DNA of 39,662 bases, from the NCBI RefSeq assembly GCF_001194135.2, contig NC_068988.1, positions 19,352,974-19,392,635 of the forward strand. The letters are read 5' to 3'. The DNA is from Octopus bimaculoides. Lineage: Eukaryota. The position numbers were made by a program, and so were the translations under genes. Each line of letters begins with the position of its first letter. Within the stretch, counting starts at the first letter, position 1. The notes under the pieces are model-generated. The model was not told the origin of the DNA. It worked only from the letters and a program-made list of their open reading frames with translations, and ran no database searches. Positions 33,866 through 39,662 of this stretch are shown one piece after another.

Positions 33866-34627
33866 ATAGACGTTAAATTTATTTTGTACTGTGTGTTTAA
33901 CTAGTTTCTTGTATGAGTTACAAAGAAGACTATGGCAGACAAGATTTTGCCATCTAATATGATTTCTGTATTATTATTCCTAACTGATGAGGTAAAGTTG
34001 CTTACAAAAAGAAAACAAACGTGACAATGCATTTAATAATGTAAACTGTGTTTTAGTGCCTCTTTGTAAGACAACGAGTTTTATTTCATTTGTTATTGCT
34101 ACCATTTATACATGTTAAAATTATAAACTCATTACATACGTGTACCGGGAAATGTATGATAATGCAGCAACCTGAGGATGATTCCATGATTGTAAGTTAT
34201 TGTACAGGAAAGCATGTAAATGAACTATAATGGCGTATACGATCCACTCTTTTTGCCAACGATGGTAGTTTCGATATTGATTGCTTTATGTTTCAGTATA
34301 ATTTGTTGCAGCAATTTATATGAGAATGAATAGGTAAACATTGCTTAAAGAATAAGGAAATAAACAAGAAATAAAATATAAAATATAAACGGATGAAATA
34401 TATAAAATCTGTGAGATCCAGTAGGAAATCTTAATGATGTGTCGTAAATTATCAAAACATAATACTTGATTAAGAGAAATTCCAACAAGTAATTTTATTC
34501 TGAATGTCACACGTTTGACATCGCAAATATAATTTATACACGTTAAGACTTGTTTGGATTGTGTGCATATCTTTTATTCTAAAAGGGGTAAAGCAAAGTA
34601 ATACGTTTATTTCGAGAAATGTTATCT

Positions 34628-34681
34628 TTATTGCAATCACTTCCGGTATTGGCTTGACATCACCGGAAGTTACACCAATAA
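34628..34681. promoter_or_regulatory. Candidate regulatory module: inverted pair of ETS-type sites plus two CCAAT boxes
   Basis: ACTTCCGGT 34639-34647 and ACCGGAAGT 34662-34670; ATTGG 34648-34652 and CCAAT 34675-34679. No linked gene seen. Confidence 0.3.
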
Positions 34682-35062
34682 AATAAGGTATAGGATGCTC
34701 ACGTTACAATGGGATTCAAACAATAACAAAAGAGGAATAGGCTGAGCGGGTGAAAAAGAATGGCTGAGAGAGAATGAGAGAGAAGGAGGGAGGGAGATAT
34801 CCACTGAGGGAATATAAAGATAAATATAGCTTTATATATAAATAAAGAATAGACGAGACTGAGTGCAACAGCAACATAAACATGGTAAATAAGTTATTAA
34901 AAAATGTAGATTGAAAGCAAGAGGTAAAAGGATTGTGAAAGAGAATAACACAATGAAAGCGAGATTGATTGATCGATAAATGTTTGGATAGATATTTAAA
35001 GTGAAATACACACACACATATATATATACACACACACACACACATGTACGCATCTATGTATT

Positions 35063-35104
<42 letters not shown>

Positions 35105-35706
35105 TTGAGGTAGTGAAACGGATATCAGAGGAAAGAATTACGTCTGAAAGAGCTGTTGTTAAAACAAAGTCTACATTGAGACACTTGATACTTCCATTTT
35201 TCTCTGTAAGAAAGGATGGCGTGAGTCATTATCACCATTTCGAATAGTGCTTCTACAGATCGATATTCAGTTATAACAAAGATTGAGGGGGCATGTTTCA
35301 GGAACGTTGCTGTTGTTTCACTTTCCGCGATACTTTAAAGATCTGTGACTCACGCACATCACTTATAAATGAAAATATAACAATTACATTATAGTTTACA
35401 TTGGTCATGGCTGAACGTTAGTGATAAATACATTTCTAGCACTGCGGAAAAAATGCCTGAAATTTTGCAGATCGGTATCACATATAAATGAACAGAATAT
35501 CAACTACTCGAGAAAAGCTGTGTGTGCATATTTGTGTGTACATACATACATACATACATTCGTGCATGCCATACATGCATACATACAATCATGGATACAC
35601 ATGCACACGCACACATATATATTATAATGAAAGAGAAGGAAAAGTTATTTAAAAATAAATGATAAAAGTGAAAGTTGTGATACGCTAAAGTAACATGTGA
35701 TACGTA

Positions 35707-35929
35707 TCTGGCAGAAACGTTAGCACGCCGGACGAAATACCTAGCGGTATTTCGTCTACCGTCACGTTCTGAGTTCAAATTCCACTGAGGTCGACTTTGA
35801 CTTTCACCCTTTCGGGGTCGATTAAATAAGTACCAGTTAATCACTGGGGCCGATGTAATCGATTTAATCCCCTTGTCTGTTCTTGTTTTTCCCCTCTATG
35901 TTTAGCCCCCTGTGGGCATTAAAGAAATA
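35707..35929 (+). mobile_element. SINE-A (tail variant 1), lacking the first ~8 nt
   Basis: Matches ~16910-17128. Confidence 0.9.
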
Positions 35930-36099
35930 AAATATTAAGCATGTGTTGGTAGCAGATGGAGCGCCTGAAAGTGGAGCACATCTTTTCCATAAAAGGCAGG
36001 AGACCAGATTCTTCAATCTGGTCAGACTTGCACTGGTTCACGTCACAACAGTTAGGAGAGAATAGGTGACAGATGCAATGTAAGTATTCGCCAACGCAA

Positions 36100-36810
36100 C
36101 ACAAACTTTCCGAGATAAATATCTCTCGATTCACTCGTTTGCCAGAGTGGCCGAACTGCTCGTCACTTCATCCTAATTCTTCTCCACCTGGACATTTGTA
36201 CCAAGCTAGATCCCGACCAATTTAACCGGTCCGTCCCTCCAGCGTCGCTCGATACAGCTGGATAGTGTGCAAACTCACTGATTTTTCTTGGTTTACTTTA
36301 GCACCTGTTACCATCTCGTAGTCCTGTGAAGCGATGCTGATCAACTCAATGTGGCCAATGTCTGACACCATGACGGTGACGTCGCATTAGTGACAAGGCA
36401 CTACCACATTGTGGTTCAAGCATGAAGCGCCATAATGTCTCATGTTTTCGAAGGGGTGACTCAAGAGTCAAACACAAGAGACAAGAGATAACAATTCTGA
36501 CCTACAAAGCGCATGATGCTACTTGATCTTGATTGGTATCCATTCGCCCTAACCCCTGGTCAGATATCACTAAATGATGCGATACCGAAACGGGGAAGAG
36601 CGTAGCGAAATCGGATGTCATGAGGACAACCGCCAAATTTGGTGGCTTTCCATTAATCTAAATTGACCAAGACCTCACTCGTACAAGGTTACCACCATCA
36701 CTGATATATAAAACTTTTTTCGTGAAGAAGAAGAAGAAGAAGAAGAAGAAGAAGAAGAAGAAGAAGAAGAAGAAGAAGAAGAAGAAGAAGAAGAAGAAGA
36801 AGAAGAAGAA
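36100..36810 (+). mobile_element. Probable very decayed RTE-clade LINE 3' region ending in (GAA)n
   Basis: Remnant motifs in order: NSLIFLGLL*, SCEA..SMW, SP*..WSDITK. GC-richer than the flanks. (GAA)n at 36724-36810. Confidence 0.35.
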
Positions 36811-36984
36811 TTGACAATGATAAATATGTTTGATATTTGTTTCTATCTATTTAAATAGCAAAACAATCGATTAAAATAATGTATGCCAAAAGATTTAATT
36901 AAAAGTGTAATTCTTTTCAAATGGAATAAAAGCTCAAAAAAATCAAACGCTTTCTAAACAAATTACAAGCAACAATTGTCTTCA

Positions 36985-37235
36985 GATCAGTAGTTTTCCA
37001 TTAGTGTACCTTGTTGACAGCTTTTGTCAGTAGCACTTGTGTTGTATGGCAGCAGATATTCAAATGTTACTGGCAATTGTGTGGATGGTATCGTATGATG
37101 TGGGTAGAAATAACGGCGGATCTGATTTTAGTATCTGAGAGATAATAGTGCCAGTGATATCTGTAATGTTACTTTGCTGCGGATGAAACTACCACACAAA
37201 CATTGAATGTGTAAGGAAACACACATGTTACACGC
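36985..37235 (-). mobile_element. Decayed Dong/R4-like fragment (post-knuckle region), family D
   Basis: Minus strand ...HNCQ*HLNICCH...TNGKLLI resembles the IHWxICxxY...ENGKxxILW segment. Confidence 0.25.
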
Positions 37236-38269
37236 TCATACGTACAACTCTACACATGTTTACTCATACAAAGAATTGAAAATTACGTGATGTTTTTTTC
37301 TCATTGAAATTTTGCCACAGAATGATTTTCCTGCACAATATATAATAGTATTTCCACATATAACTGTCTCACAGTTTCTTTCATGATTTCCTCATTGTGA
37401 GTCCATTCTTTGATTTCTAAATGTCGTTCCAGTATTAAATACATCTGTCTATCTAACTAACTATGTATCTGTCACCTACTGGTGCCGCAGGCGGTGGTGT
37501 TAAATATACACACACGCACAAACTCATAAACACATACACACTCACACACATACTATTATACGATACAAATAGGAAGAATAATAAGAAAAGTTTGAAATGC
37601 GTTGTTTTTATGCATATAATTTTTTTGTTTAAATATAAAAGTTGTTTTTAACATAATGGGTCGTTATATATATATATATGAGTAAAAATATAAACATACG
37701 AATCTATGTTTTGACGAAAAAGTGTTTTCTCATAATAGTTTTACTGAAAATACATTAATGTAAGTTTTCTTATATACATAACATACACACAAAAATAAAA
37801 ATAGAAAGTGAGTGAGGAAAAGAAGATCCTCATGTCATTTAGAAATTTTCGTATGAAAAACGTTTTAGTGAATAAATTTTTGCGTATGTTGGAGACAAAA
37901 GAGATTTTATTGTAGAAGAAAAATTTTGTTTAACTGCCTGAGATCCGAGTTTTCACTGTCATTCAGCTTATCAAAGATCTAGGTGATTTTTCCGTTATAT
38001 GTTATGAGGAAGTGTTAACTCTATTTGGGATTAAATGAATTGATAGGCATGTATACTAGATGATTTTTTTCAAATGAAGGTCTATCCGTATTGTAATACT
38101 CTGGCAGAAAAAGTGTGAGGTAATGGTATGAAAAAGCGTATCCCTATGAATAAAATATTAAGCGTACTGGACAGAATTTCGCATACTTTTCCCTAAACAC
38201 TTTCTTGAATATTCTTCTACTAACAACAGATACTAAGTTTTTAATTACAGCGGTGGAGAGGTGGATCCG

Positions 38270-38515
38270 GACTTCCTGTAATTCTGGTACTTGCTCGTTT
38301 ACACGTTACGGATGACATCTAGGAAACCAATGCGGTCAAGTGGGTGGTAGCTGGTATGGAAAGGTGGAATTCTTTGAATATTGTTATCTAAGGGAAAGGC
38401 AAAGCTCAAAACAAGCTTGGCACCATTGACATTGCATCTAATTTCTGCAGCTAAGTGAACTCGAGCAACGTAAAATAAAGTGTCTTACTCAAGAACACAG
38501 CTCTGAAATCAAGTT
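38270..38515 (-). mobile_element. Degenerate SINE remnant (fourth family)
   Basis: GCAGCTAAGTGAACTCGAGCAACGTAAAATAAAGTGTCTTACTCAAGAACACA is the reverse of a TGTGTCCTTGAGCAAGACACTT-type post-tRNA block. Confidence 0.55.
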
Positions 38516-39662
38516 TAATAGTTCATGACTGTGAGCCCAACATCCACATATAGAAATGCATACAGTTGAGTTCGATTTCGATTTAAAATACAGAGGTATT
38601 TATTAGCGCCTCTTGCAAAAGGAGAGTTTAAATTTAAGACCAAAATATCGCAAGGAAATGTGCATGAGACGTTACATAAAACGTTAAGTATGTGCATAGT
38701 TTCTCTTGAAGGAAAACAAAAGACACACCGAGATGGGGACAGACTGGGTCACTGGTTGGAGGGATGCCCGGATAGCCAAAGCAAACACTGACAAAGGGTG
38801 GATGCTGTGACTTGCTGCGACGGCGAATGGGCCCACACCCGATCTGACGTAACCATGGTATGCAGCAAAGTTCATATATGCAAAATTATCTGGCGAAGAC
38901 GCTTAGTTAAACTATACTATACTGATGAGTTAGAAAATACCGAAAGATTTTTCCATAGTTATAACTTTACTTCTAATAATGTAAACTAACTTTTTGGATT
39001 AGTTCTTAATCTTTTGAAATAGCCTCCCCATTGCTTCAAGCGTCTACAACAATTTCCGCTAGGGAATTGTAATCTGTCTCCAACAGAGGGAAACTTTTAT
39101 AATTTGAGAATACAATTTACAAGACTTTCAGTACACCGTGCGCAGTCATAAACAGGGACAAACGTACGCAGGCACACGCACACACACTCGCGTGCACACA
39201 CACACACATATACAGAGAAACACATTCATAAAAACACACACTATCGTCCATCTTTCTTTTCCTCATGTGATCATCTTTCTTTTGTTTCAGGACTGTCCTA
39301 AGGACTGGATGTATCCTATCTTTCTCTTCTTGCTTTTTCTCTTGTCCAACAAAATATTTCTCCAACGTTCGCTATTTTACATTCGTACTGATCTAACGAC
39401 AACCCCCCCCCCACCATGTTTGTTTTCTTTCAGTTTCCTTGTATCTCTTCAATATCCTGTTTTTGTTCCCATTTGTGACCGTCCATAAATCTCAATGCTC
39501 GAAATGAGGAGTAGATAGACAGCTGACAACTGATGAAGGGTCGTTCTTTGTGTTAGCTGTCCTGTTCTTTAGTTGTTTGCGTATTGAACGCATTTCTTTT
39601 CGTATTTCATGTTGTTTACAGTTGGTGAAGTCCTGTACCCATACGTCCATATGTATATATAT

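Noticed and set aside
4945-37000. Other CTGANGA heptamers (~4945 plus, ~18857 minus, ~22271 minus, ~33427 plus, ~36980 minus)
   Set aside because: None has a stem II closed directly by GAAA together with stem I pairing; several lie in SINE or LINE bodies.
38720-38875. GC-richer block possibly an RTE 3' end (WRDARIAK...W)
   Set aside because: Motif similarity is too weak to call.

Overview
Eukaryotic, AT-rich, repeat-saturated non-coding DNA (intergenic or deep intronic) from a short-read-type assembly. It has 10 N-gaps totalling ~3.6 kb, most of the long ones flanked by (TA)n. The SINE families and the density of TA/CA/AAT/GAT microsatellites point to an octopus (coleoid cephalopod) genome; this is inference from recalled repeat families, not a database hit. 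No host protein-coding exon could be recognised, and nearly all long ORFs in the track are microsatellite or N-gap artefacts. The real coding signal is transposon debris: four lineages of restriction-like-endonuclease (R4/Dong-type) non-LTR retrotransposon ends, RTE- and CR1-like RT remnants, and a truncated irritans-like mariner. There are about 20 SINE copies from 3-4 families and two TA-flanked MITEs. The most interesting signal is RNA-structural: three type I hammerhead ribozyme motifs of two families. One is a stand-alone motif at 2255-2353 with a canonical GUA cleavage triplet and a bulged stem I. The other two lie in a non-autonomous element built from a head-to-head palindrome of tRNA-derived Pol III promoter arms, (AAT)n tracts and a Penelope-type minimal hammerhead (6311-7588 on minus, 15113-15426 on plus). 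The first of these copies has also received a Dong-like LINE in its (AAT)n tract and a ~420-bp templated copy of DNA from 4 kb upstream.
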